DNA from: a virus
IMG/VR virus record: IMGVR_UViG_3300017605_001118
Span: 3,332 to 67,331 of that record
Reading direction: 5' to 3' (one strand)
Length of the DNA stretch: 64,000 nucleotides
Numbering within the stretch: the stretch's first letter is position 1; every line of letters begins with the position of its first letter. The notes under the pieces were generated by a model. The model ran no database searches, was not told where the DNA came from, and worked only from the letters and a program-made list of their open reading frames with translations. Positions 17,701 through 26,842 of the stretch are shown here, piece after piece. Both the position numbers and the translations under genes were made by a program.

Positions 17701-18882
17701 ATGGCGCTCGCCCAGTACAGCGACAGGTTTTGGTTCCCCTCGGGAGTCCTGGCCACGTCGCTGCCTGCCCGGATCTTCCCCAGGGGCAGCAACGGACTTG
17801 CGTCCCTGTTCGCCGACGCCGCCGGGACAATTCCGCTGCCCAACCCCCTGAACACAGACGGCGGGGGGAACCTGACGTTCTACGCCACTGTGGGGGAGTA
17901 TTGGGTCCACTTGGACACCGAGACGTTCCTCGTGGACGTCGGCATGTCACAGGAGCAGTCCGACCTGTCCACCGGCATCTCGTCGGGCGGAGACCTGAAC
18001 CCCAACGGACTGAACCCGAAGGCCGTCGATATAACGGCTCTGATCGGGTTCGTCGTGGACAACACGCAGACCGGGCCGGAATCCCCGTCCGTGGTCCGGG
18101 TGGACTCGCCGACGCAGACGGTCGTCCTGGACGCCGCCGCGCAACTGAGGTCGATCACATGGTGGCTGATGGACAGTTCCGGCGTGGTGACGCAGCAGGC
18201 GACAACTCCGACCAACGTGCAGCGGCGCACCCACCTGGTACTGGGCGCCACCATCTACGACACTGTTGCGGGGGTCATCTTGGAGGCACAGACACTCCAA
18301 GTGCTGCTGGGGCAGCCGGCCAACGGCTTCGCCGACCTCACCGACTCCCTCGGGCCGTTCACCACGTCGGGGAACCTGATCGCGGCAGACGGGGCGAATC
18401 TGACCTTCAACAAGGCGGTCGGACAACTCTTTGCCCGGTCGTTCAACCGCTTCGGGCCCGGCATCACCGAAGACCCCAATCTCGTCACCTCCCCGGCCCA
18501 TACGCCGGCGCAGTTCCGCCGGGTCACTCAGGTGGTCGTACCGACACCCCCTGTGGTCACCACGGTCGACCCGGCGAACTACGACGTGGGCGGCGTGCTC
18601 ACCCCGGTCGGCGGGGGAACCAATACGGCGACGGTGCAGAGGGTTTTCCTGTTCGCGACGTCGCTGACCGTCAACCAGATTCTGGTGCAGTACGGGCAGA
18701 CCACTCACGCGTCCCTGGCTGCGGCGGCGTCGGCGATCGGCGCCACCTCTTTCGTCCCCAACCCGCTGACCGTGTCGGGAACATTCATCGGGCACATTGC
18801 GATGATCCGCACCGCCACCAACCTGTCGGACCCGACACAGGCCACATTCCTTCCGGCGGCGTCCAAGTTCACCCGGCCGTAG
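17701..18882 (+). CDS. virion structural protein
   Basis: N-terminal LFADAAGT.PL.NPL.TD..G...FYA paralogous to 16217 gene; Thr/Val-rich. Confidence 0.7.
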   Translation: MALAQYSDRFWFPSGVLATSLPARIFPRGSNGLASLFADAAGTIPLPNPLNTDGGGNLTFYATVGEYWVHLDTETFLVDVGMSQEQSDLSTGISSGGDLNPNGLNPKAVDITALIGFVVDNTQTGPESPSVVRVDSPTQTVVLDAAAQLRSITWWLMDSSGVVTQQATTPTNVQRRTHLVLGATIYDTVAGVILEAQTLQVLLGQPANGFADLTDSLGPFTTSGNLIAADGANLTFNKAVGQLFARSFNRFGPGITEDPNLVTSPAHTPAQFRRVTQVVVPTPPVVTTVDPANYDVGGVLTPVGGGTNTATVQRVFLFATSLTVNQILVQYGQTTHASLAAAASAIGATSFVPNPLTVSGTFIGHIAMIRTATNLSDPTQATFLPAASKFTRP

Positions 18883-18894
18883 GGGAGGTGTCCG

Positions 18895-19725
18895 ATGCCC
18901 GTCATCAACGATCAGCCCCCGGTACCCCCGGTACCAACGGATTCACAGGCGCCGTGCGCTGACTGGCCGATCCAGTGGACCTGTGATGTCTCGACCGCGT
19001 CTCCTGCGGTGACGGCGCTGGCGGTGGCGTCGGCGACGGAGATCCTGTACGCCCTGTCAGGGCGCCGCTTCGGGCTCTGTGAGGTCACGTCCCGGCCCTG
19101 TCGGTACGACTGCTACTCGGAGCCGTTCTACACGTCCCTGGCCCCGTGGACCGGTGGTTCATACCCCCAACCGGCTTTGATCGGGGGTTCCTGGTTCAAC
19201 CTGACGTGCGGGTCCTGCGGCCGGGACTGCTCTTGTACCTCGATATCGGAGGTCATCCTTCCGTCCCCTGTGTTCCGGATCGTCCGGGTGATGATCGACG
19301 GAGGGATCGTTCCGACCGGGTCCTACCGGCTGGACGACAACCGGCGCCTGGTACGGACCGACGGCGGTGAATGGCCGCACTGCAACGACCTGACCCGGAA
19401 CGACACCGAAGTCGGTACGTGGTCGATCACAGCCCTGTACGGGGAGCCGATTCCGGATTCGGCCCGTCTCGCCATGGGGGAACTGGCCTGTGAGATCGTC
19501 CGGGCGGCGACCGGGGGAGACTGCCGGCTACCCGCAGGAGTCAAGGAACTCGCCAGACAAGGGGTGACGATCACATACCCCGACGTCGGTTCCCTGTGGC
19601 TGAAAGGAAGAACCGGCCTGTGGCTGGTGGACGCCTTCCTGTCCACATACAACCCGGCCGGTCTCACCCGTCGTTCCCGTACCTACTCCGTGGACCGGCC
19701 GCCGTTCCGCAGGGCCGGGACGTGA
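18895..19725 (+). CDS. head-to-tail adaptor
   Basis: ATEILYALSGRRFG.C....RPC, ELACE....G..CRLP, RQGV, TGL..VD..L...NP. Confidence 0.75.
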   Translation: MPVINDQPPVPPVPTDSQAPCADWPIQWTCDVSTASPAVTALAVASATEILYALSGRRFGLCEVTSRPCRYDCYSEPFYTSLAPWTGGSYPQPALIGGSWFNLTCGSCGRDCSCTSISEVILPSPVFRIVRVMIDGGIVPTGSYRLDDNRRLVRTDGGEWPHCNDLTRNDTEVGTWSITALYGEPIPDSARLAMGELACEIVRAATGGDCRLPAGVKELARQGVTITYPDVGSLWLKGRTGLWLVDAFLSTYNPAGLTRRSRTYSVDRPPFRRAGT

Positions 19726-19955
19726 GACACGCAGCGTTCCACGATCCGGTCAACGGACTTCGGACCGAGACCCGTGACGTCCAGGAGGTAGTCCCGACCC
19801 CAGGCGTACAGCCGCATCAGGTCGGCCACGGTGTGCACTTTCTCCTTCCTGGCCAGGAAACCCGCAGCCCGGGTCGCCAGAACATCTCCGCCCAGGAACT
19901 CGATCAGCTCCGAGTGCTCTTTCAGAAGGTCGCGATCGGCTTTGTACATGGTCAT
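19683..19955 (-). CDS. RNA polymerase alpha-CTD-like helix-hairpin-helix protein
   Basis: L.TRA...L.R...HTV.DL......LL.V.GLG.KS...I resembles RpoA CTD. Confidence 0.65.
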   Translation of the reverse strand: MTMYKADRDLLKEHSELIEFLGGDVLATRAAGFLARKEKVHTVADLMRLYAWGRDYLLDVTGLGPKSVDRIVERCVSHVPALRNGGRSTE

Positions 19956-19964
19956 TGGCCCCTT

Positions 19965-20357
19965 TCAGACCAGGAAGACGTTCGCCGGGTCCACGCTGTC
20001 GTACCCGCCGGACCGCTGGCTCCGGATACTGAGCCGTCCGTTCGGAAACGCTTCTACGAAGGCGCCCGCGTACTCCCACACGTGCCCTTCGAGGTGCTCA
20101 CGGACCTTGACGAAGTCACCCACGGCCAGCATCTCCGGATCAACGGGGTCCGCGGTAAAGACGGCCGGTGCCTTGCCCGCCCAGACGCTGACGACGCGCG
20201 CGCAGCCGAGGACCGACGCTTCGTCCCGGGCCAGGGTCTCCAGCTCACTGACGGAAGAACTTCTCGCCACCGGGACCCAGCGGCCTTCGTCCCAGACCTG
20301 CACCCAGGCCTCGAAGGGGAGGATTCCGTCAACGGACAATTTGTGCAGGTCGGACAT
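19965..20357 (-). CDS. hypothetical protein
   Basis: GAGGA RBS; TTTAAT-containing promoter-like site at ~20381-20391. Confidence 0.7.
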   Translation of the reverse strand: MSDLHKLSVDGILPFEAWVQVWDEGRWVPVARSSSVSELETLARDEASVLGCARVVSVWAGKAPAVFTADPVDPEMLAVGDFVKVREHLEGHVWEYAGAFVEAFPNGRLSIRSQRSGGYDSVDPANVFLV

Positions 20358-20415
20358 CGCTTCCTCGTTTCGTCGGGGACTTAATTAAATCAGATCTAGG
20401 AACGGTGGGGAAGAC

Positions 20416-20937
20416 ATGCCGCTGATCTCGGGAGTGCTGCGCTGGTACACGGTGGCGGAGGAGCTGCGGGCCGCGGCCTATGCGGCCATGGCCGGAAGCT
20501 CTGTGGGGGCGCCTGACAGGTCCTGCGTGGTTCCCGGGGCCATCGCCTGGGACGAGTGCGACTGCGGTCTCCTGGCCGTCTCTGTGGCCCGTACGTACTA
20601 CTCCGACGACTTCCCTGCGGAGCAGACGGCGAAGGTGGGGGCAGGATCGTGCCGGCCTGCGTGGGATGTGGCGGAGATCAGGATCCAGGCGATCCGCTGC
20701 GCGCCTTCCCCCCAGGGGGAGGACCTGTCGCCCACCTGTGCCGCCCTGAACACCTCCGCTCAAGAGGTGGCCATCGATGCCTCCACGGTGAAGTCGGCCG
20801 TCTCTTTGAAGCTGTGCCAGATGGAGGAGTCGAACGAGGTCATCGACTACCTCATCCAGGGGCAGACCGTGGAGGGTCCCCAGGGCGGGTGTGTGGGCTC
20901 CGAACTCCGTGTTCTGGTGGCGCTGCCGGCGGCGTAG
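20416..20937 (+). CDS. tail terminator-like protein
   Basis: P.R.CVVPG..AWD.CDCG.L.V, IRC.P, GPQGGCVG motifs; position. Confidence 0.7.
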   Translation: MPLISGVLRWYTVAEELRAAAYAAMAGSSVGAPDRSCVVPGAIAWDECDCGLLAVSVARTYYSDDFPAEQTAKVGAGSCRPAWDVAEIRIQAIRCAPSPQGEDLSPTCAALNTSAQEVAIDASTVKSAVSLKLCQMEESNEVIDYLIQGQTVEGPQGGCVGSELRVLVALPAA

Positions 20938-20939
20938 TC

Positions 20940-21571
20940 CGTTCAGTACCTGTCCCACTATGCCCCCGGTATGTACCTCTTTGTGAGGATGTAAAGCCGT
21001 TCCGAGCATGTCCCATTTCGTCTCTGGTACGTACTGCTTCCTCCTTCGGAGTCCCAAGTTACTGAGATGTCCGAGTCAAGATCGTTGTTTTTCGTTCCGA
21101 AGTGGGCCAAACCAGGACTTCAAGATGTCCCAGCTTGTCACAGAAAAGAGGGGTCGGGAGGGACGGAGGTAGCGGGAGGGAAGGTTCCAGGCACCTCCCA
21201 CTCACGTAAAAACACACGTTTCCTAATACCCGTAAGTAACATATACGCAGAGTTACATGTTACGCTACAGTACGTATAACGTATTATTTTCAGCTCGTGC
21301 ACCTAGGTTGTAGAAAACCTCCGTTACCTCCCTCCCTCCGGACCGTAGTTTTTCGTAGCCTAAACGGACATTTTGAGGTCCGGGTCTGTACCGATTCGGA
21401 ACGAAAAACAACGATCTTGAACCAAGCTATTTCGTACATACCTGCGTGTCGGTTCCCTTACCCCCACAAACCAGAGACAAAGTAGGACATGCTCGGAACG
21501 GCTCAGACTCCCCACAGACCAGGACAAACCAGAGACGAAGTGGGACATGCGTTGAACGAGTCGTTCCGCTT
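20940..21571. repeat. ~630-bp non-coding nested-palindrome element, copy A (candidate origin)
   Basis: Reverse complement of most of 61722-62366; internal inverted arms around an AT-rich core. Confidence 0.9.
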
Positions 21572-21690
21572 CCCGGACGTCGATTCAAGGTCCTGAGACA
21601 TCGCCGACACGCCTTTGGAGACCACGATCGACGGGGTTCCCTCCCCCCACCCCTCCGTCCAACCGGCAAAGGACACGCCCAGCCCTTTCA

Positions 21691-21749
21691 GAAAAGCCTG
21701 TCCCACCTGCGGAAAGATGTCTTTGGAGGGACGCTGGAGGGTACCCTCC
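21691..21749 (+). repeat. 59-bp box, direct repeat of 62508-62566
   Basis: GAAAAGCCTGTCCCACCTGCG...TTTGGAGGGA.G..GGAGGGTACCCTCC. Confidence 0.85.
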
Positions 21750-21766
21750 GTGCGACGATGGGCCCC

Positions 21767-22150
21767 GTGACAACGGTGAGCGTGAACGTGGACCCGGGCC
21801 GTATCGCCCGGCTGATCCGCCTCCCAGGAGGGATCGTGGACCGGGATCTCCGACGCAGGGCGGACCGCGTAGCCGCTACAGCGCGGTCTCTGGCCCCGGG
21901 AAGCCTGAAGGGGGCCATCACCACCGAGCTGACCGGTTCGGGCCGTCAGAGGCACGCTAAGATCCTTCTCAACCACCCCGCAGCGGCCTTCGTCACCAAA
22001 GGGACCCGGCCGCACGTGATCCGCCCCCGCACCGCCCGGGCACTGAAGTTCACCGGGTCCGGCGGACAGAACGTCTTCGCCTCCAAGACCAACCATCCGG
22101 GGACTCGACCGAATCCGTTTATGGTCCGGGCTCTGCGGGCGGCCGGCTAG
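21767..22150 (+). CDS. neck / HK97 gp10-like protein
   Basis: A..AR..AP.G.L..I, GTRPH.IRPR.A.AL.F, HPGT.PNPF...AL. Confidence 0.75.
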   Translation: MTTVSVNVDPGRIARLIRLPGGIVDRDLRRRADRVAATARSLAPGSLKGAITTELTGSGRQRHAKILLNHPAAAFVTKGTRPHVIRPRTARALKFTGSGGQNVFASKTNHPGTRPNPFMVRALRAAG

Positions 22151-22191
22151 GTCCGGAAAGATCTTGATCCGGTCGCGCCTACCCTGGCCCC

Positions 22192-22617
22192 ATGACCGAG
22201 CCGATGAAGGACTTCAGCCGCCCCAGGAAGAAGATCGCGTTCACCATCGACGGAGACGTCTTCGAAGGCGCTCCCGTCATGCCCGCCGAGACGCTGATGC
22301 AGTTCGGCAGCAAACTCGCGGTGGGGGAGACGTCCGAAGAGAACTTCCGCACCATGAGCCGTCTCCTGGAGATGGTGCTCCTCCCCGACTCCTACAAGCG
22401 CATCATGGAACGCCTGAGCAGCCGAGAGAACCCCATAGACATCGAACAGCTCAGCGACCTCGTGCCGTGGCTGCTGGAGCAGTACGGGCTGCGCCCTACA
22501 CAGCCATCGTCCAGCTCTGCGGATGGGCCGCCCAGCCCGGAGTCTGGCACCAGCTCGACGGAGACCACCTCGGCCGCGGAGTCGATCTCCTCGATCTCCC
22601 CGCTGAACGTTTTCTGA
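22192..22617 (+). CDS. tail assembly chaperone (short form)
   Basis: Precedes tape measure; acidic; overlapping -1 frame ORF runs to 22844. Confidence 0.75.
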   Translation: MTEPMKDFSRPRKKIAFTIDGDVFEGAPVMPAETLMQFGSKLAVGETSEENFRTMSRLLEMVLLPDSYKRIMERLSSRENPIDIEQLSDLVPWLLEQYGLRPTQPSSSSADGPPSPESGTSSTETTSAAESISSISPLNVF

Positions 22618-22844
22618 ACCTGGTCTACGCCGTGATGTGCTCCCGTCTCCGCGTCCCCGAAGGGCAGACCCACGAGTCCGCTCTCCGGCAGTTCGACGTG
22701 CGCCTGGGAGTAGCCGGCTGGGGGCTCCCCGGGTCGGTTCCCCGGGAGGTGGTCCGGGAAGAGGGGGCGCCGTGGTGGTGGGAGAGCGAAGCGGAAGCCT
22801 CGGACTCCTTCCTCGCCTCCATGGGGGTGGTGCTGGATGGCTGA
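22490..22844 (+). CDS. tail assembly chaperone extension (probable -1 frameshift product)
   Basis: -1 frame PYTAIVQLCGWA...LPAERFLNLVY lacks its own good start and ends overlapping the TMP start. Confidence 0.55.
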
Positions 22845-25800
22845 TGTCGTCGGCTCCGTAGAAGTCCGGATCACGGTTGACGAGGATCCCGCCGAACGGG
22901 CTTTCCGGGAGATGCGCGCCGCGGCCCGGGAAGCGTCCCGGCAGACCGTGCGCAGCCTGGATCAGATCTCCGACGCCATCGGCAACATCTCTGTCGACAC
23001 GGAGCAGACTGCGGAGTCCCTGAGCCGGGGTCTCAACAACGCGGTCGAAGTAGCGCAGGCCCGTATCCGGGCCGTCGACGTCCAAGCCACCGTGGACGCC
23101 GGAGCGCAGGCCCAGGTCAGCCGGCAACTGCGGGCAGTTGTTCAGCAGTCCCAGGCCGCGATCCGGGCGGTACGGGTCAACGCGGATCTGGACGACAACG
23201 CCCGGACCCAGCTCACGGCGGATCTTCAGGCCACAGTCCGCGCCGCTCAGGGGCAGCTCAGGGACATTCAGCTCGGGGTCGATGAAGCGGCCCTGGCGGA
23301 GGACGTTCGGCAGGCGGTCCGTGTTGCCGAAGCTACGGCTCCTCCGGTCGAGATTGAAACCCGGGTCGACACGGACCGCCTTTCCAGGGTCGGCGCCGCA
23401 CTGCGGGCGATCGGGGAGGCTGCGCGGTCCACGGAAGGACCGGCAGCCAGGTCCGGATCCTTGCTGCAATCGATCGGGTTCTCCGAACGAGCCCTGTCCC
23501 GGGTGAAGCTCGTGGTGGCAGGTATCGGAGCCGCGTTCGCCACCCTGACGCCTTCCGTTGCCGGCCTTGCGGCTGCGCTGGCCCAGATCGCCCCTGCCGC
23601 CGCAGTAGGAGCAACCGCCGTCCTCGCCCTGGGTTCGGCGGTAGGCGCCATCGGTATCGGTACCCGGGGTGTCGGGGACGCGATCAAGGCGGTGTTCGCC
23701 CCCGCGACGGCCGCGGCGGGAAGCGCTGCCGGAGCGTCCAACGCCTACGCCAACGCCCAGCGTGCCGTCAAAGACGCCGTGGAACAGGCGGCCCTGGCCA
23801 ATGAGCGGGCCGCCCGGCAGATCAAAGACGCTGAACGGGCCCTGTCGGATGCGCAGAAAGAAGCTCTGCGTGCGCAGGAAGATCTGAACGACGCACGCAA
23901 ACAAGCAGCCAGAGATCTGGAAGATCTCAACAGTCAACTGGCCGGAGCCCAACTGGACCAGCGCGGCGCGATCCTGGACCTGAAGGAAGCCGAAGCCGAA
24001 CTGGCCGCTGTCCGCGCCAAGGGACGCAAGGCCTCCGCACAGGAACTCGCCGAAGCCGAACTGGCCCGGGACCGGGCCATACAGCGGCTCAAGGACCAGG
24101 GCGTGGAAACCAAGCGCCTGACCTCGGACACGGCCGAGGCCAACCGGGTCGGGGCCGCCGGGTCCGACACCGTACGGGAGGCGCAGGACCGCGTGGCCGC
24201 CTCCCAGCGGGCAGTGGGAGATCAGACGCAGGCCCTGCGGGACGCACAGGCCGAGGCGGCCCGTACCGCGAGGCAGGGGCTGGAGAGCATCCGGCAGGCG
24301 CAGGAGTCCCTGACCCAGTCCGTGGGGGGGTCAACGGGCGGAGTCAACAAGCTCGCCGAAGCCATGGCCAGGCTCTCCCCCAACGCAAGGGCGTTCGTTC
24401 AGGAGATCATCGCCCTGAAGGGCGCGTTCAGCGCCGTCCGGGTCGACGTCCAGGAAGCCCTGTTCGAAGACCTGGCAAGGGAACTGAGGATCACCGCGGC
24501 CTCCGTCCTCCCCGTCCTGCGTAAAGGGCTCGTGGACAGCGCTGCGGCCCTGAACGACATGACCCAAGGTGTAGCCGCATCGGCCCGGGAACTGGCGGAC
24601 AACGGAACCCTGGGCAAGGCGCTGAAGTCCGCCAACCAGGGGTTGCGAAACCTGTCCGAGACCCCCGGGATCCTGACTACGGCTTTCGTCCGGCTGGCAG
24701 CCGCTGCGGGACCGGCCTTCGAAAAACTCACCGCAGCTGCTGCGGAGTCCGCAGAAGACATCGGGAACCGGCTCGGAGCGGCCTTCGAATCAGGCCGTCT
24801 CGAAACCGCCATCGAACAGGCCATCGACCTGATCGGGCAGCTCTTCAGCGTCCTGGGCAACGTCGGGGAGATCCTCGGGTCGATCTTCGACGCCGCGAAC
24901 ACCAGCGGGGCCGGGTTCCTCAGCACGCTGGAGACCATCACCCAGTCCATCGCGAACGCCTTCGCCTCACCCCAGGCACAGGCCGGCCTTACGGCACTGT
25001 TCTCCCTTGGCGCCGTAGTGGCCCACACGCTGGGAACAGTCCTAGTGGCTGCTCTGAAGGCCGTGGGGCCCGTTGTCGCCGCCCTGGGACCGTCGCTGGA
25101 AATACTGGTGTCCGCCTTCGGCACAGCCCTGGTAACGGCCTTCACGGCCCTTGGACCGGTCCTGGTCTCCGCAGCCGATGCCCTAGGAACCCTGATTGTC
25201 GCGATCTCCCCGCTCATCCCCGTTCTCGGTGATCTGATCTCGTTCGTGCTGCCCGTTCTGATCCCGCTGCTGGACGGGGTAGGAGCCGCCTTCGAAAAAG
25301 CCTCCCCGTTCATCCAGTCCGCGGCCGACGCACTTTCCCAGAACCTTGCGCCCGCAATGCGGCGGGTCCATGAGTTTCTGGACCCCCTGCTGGAAAACCT
25401 CCGCCCTCTGGCCGGGGAAGTCCTCCCCCGGGTGACCGAGTTCGCAAACGGAGCCGCAGCGTCTCTGGGGCCGCTGGCGGCGTCCTTCGGGGACCTGTTG
25501 TCTTCGATTGCCCCCGTGGCCGTGGAACTCGCGACGTTCGCCGGAGGGGTTCTTCTCGGTCTGGCCGCCGAAGTGCTGCCGGTCGTGATTTCTTTGATGG
25601 ATGGTCTAGCAGAGATCTTCCGGCAGACCGCTCCGGTGCTCCAGACGCTGGCAGGGATTCTGACCAGGGCGTTCCTCCCCGTGATCAGCCAACTTGATCA
25701 AATCCTTCCTCCGATCATCCGCGCGTTCACAACCTTGACCGGGGCAGTTCTCCCCTTGGTCGATCGGCTGCTCAAAACCATCGGCCCGTCAGTGGAGAAC

Positions 25801-26841
25801 CTGGTTCAGACGCTGGGGGACCTCCTTGTAGTAGCGGCCCCTGCGGTTGAAGAACTGGCCGGAGCCATTGCTGAGACCGGGGTTGCCCTGGGTCCTGTGA
25901 TCGATCTTGCGGGACGGCTCGTGTCGATCTTCACAGACGAGCTTGCAGCCACGATTCAGACAGTCGTCATTCCGGCCATCCAGCTCGTTTCGGACATCCT
26001 GAAAGGAAATTTCTCCGCCGCCCTGGGAGACGCGCGCCGCCTTGTCTCCGGGATCGTAGATACGATCAAGCGCCGTTTCATCGACCTTCCCCAGCAGATT
26101 TTCCAGGCGCTCAGTTCGTTCGGCACGGTCCTGCGCAGGGCGGTGCGGGACGCAGGGGCGGCCATGCTGAACGCGGTCGGAGAACGGCTGGCTCAGGTCA
26201 GGGATGCGTTCGGTCGGCTGGCCGGCCGGATTGCAGCCGCTCTGTCCAGTCTGGCCGGGACACTGCGCAGCATCGCGTCCGGTGCCCTGAACGCGATGCT
26301 GCGGTCCGTCTCGGACGGGCTCCGCAGGATTGTTTCGGAGATCAAGGCACTTCCGGGTAGGGCCCGGGACGCTCTCGGAGACCTGTCGACTTTCCTGTAC
26401 AAAGCAGGCCGGTCCCTGATCAACGGCTTCATCGACGGCATCAAGGACGTGGACGTAACGGGCGCCGTCTCCGGGATCCTGAGTGATGCCCGGGACCTCT
26501 TCCCGTTCTCCCCTGCCAAGAAAGGTCCTTTCTCTGGACAGGGGTGGACGTTTCACTCCGGTGAAGCGCTGGCCGAGGACTTCGCCGCGGGCATCACGGA
26601 GTCCCAGGGCTCCGCTGTGCGGGCCACGAACCGTCTGGTGGTCCAGTCCTCCGCCGCTCTGGTGGGAAGTCCTCTGAGGGCCGCAGGGGCAGTTTCCGGA
26701 CCCGTTGGATCGGTATCTCCGACCGAGGTCCACGTGACCCTGGTCAACCAGGGAGTTCTCGGGTCCCGGAACGAAGTCTTGGACTGGCTGTCCACGTCCC
26801 TGGAGACCCTGCGTCTCCAGGGACGGCTGGCGGTGAACTGA
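22837..26841 (+). CDS. tape measure protein
   Basis: 1334 aa Ala/Leu-rich helical protein, hydrophobic repeats, FPFSPAKKGP motif near C-terminus. Confidence 0.93.
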   Translation: MADVVGSVEVRITVDEDPAERAFREMRAAAREASRQTVRSLDQISDAIGNISVDTEQTAESLSRGLNNAVEVAQARIRAVDVQATVDAGAQAQVSRQLRAVVQQSQAAIRAVRVNADLDDNARTQLTADLQATVRAAQGQLRDIQLGVDEAALAEDVRQAVRVAEATAPPVEIETRVDTDRLSRVGAALRAIGEAARSTEGPAARSGSLLQSIGFSERALSRVKLVVAGIGAAFATLTPSVAGLAAALAQIAPAAAVGATAVLALGSAVGAIGIGTRGVGDAIKAVFAPATAAAGSAAGASNAYANAQRAVKDAVEQAALANERAARQIKDAERALSDAQKEALRAQEDLNDARKQAARDLEDLNSQLAGAQLDQRGAILDLKEAEAELAAVRAKGRKASAQELAEAELARDRAIQRLKDQGVETKRLTSDTAEANRVGAAGSDTVREAQDRVAASQRAVGDQTQALRDAQAEAARTARQGLESIRQAQESLTQSVGGSTGGVNKLAEAMARLSPNARAFVQEIIALKGAFSAVRVDVQEALFEDLARELRITAASVLPVLRKGLVDSAAALNDMTQGVAASARELADNGTLGKALKSANQGLRNLSETPGILTTAFVRLAAAAGPAFEKLTAAAAESAEDIGNRLGAAFESGRLETAIEQAIDLIGQLFSVLGNVGEILGSIFDAANTSGAGFLSTLETITQSIANAFASPQAQAGLTALFSLGAVVAHTLGTVLVAALKAVGPVVAALGPSLEILVSAFGTALVTAFTALGPVLVSAADALGTLIVAISPLIPVLGDLISFVLPVLIPLLDGVGAAFEKASPFIQSAADALSQNLAPAMRRVHEFLDPLLENLRPLAGEVLPRVTEFANGAAASLGPLAASFGDLLSSIAPVAVELATFAGGVLLGLAAEVLPVVISLMDGLAEIFRQTAPVLQTLAGILTRAFLPVISQLDQILPPIIRAFTTLTGAVLPLVDRLLKTIGPSVENLVQTLGDLLVVAAPAVEELAGAIAETGVALGPVIDLAGRLVSIFTDELAATIQTVVIPAIQLVSDILKGNFSAALGDARRLVSGIVDTIKRRFIDLPQQIFQALSSFGTVLRRAVRDAGAAMLNAVGERLAQVRDAFGRLAGRIAAALSSLAGTLRSIASGALNAMLRSVSDGLRRIVSEIKALPGRARDALGDLSTFLYKAGRSLINGFIDGIKDVDVTGAVSGILSDARDLFPFSPAKKGPFSGQGWTFHSGEALAEDFAAGITESQGSAVRATNRLVVQSSAALVGSPLRAAGAVSGPVGSVSPTEVHVTLVNQGVLGSRNEVLDWLSTSLETLRLQGRLAVN

Positions 26842-26842
26842 C

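Noticed and set aside
21014-21548. Short ORFs in the palindromic elements (e.g. 21067-21279 and 62014-62244)
   Set aside because: AT-rich, atypical codon use, no RBS; their similarity follows from the DNA repeat.
20940-21571. MITE or IS element
   Set aside because: No transposase in the window and no target-site duplication evident; copy A lacks the outermost left end. Not fully excluded.
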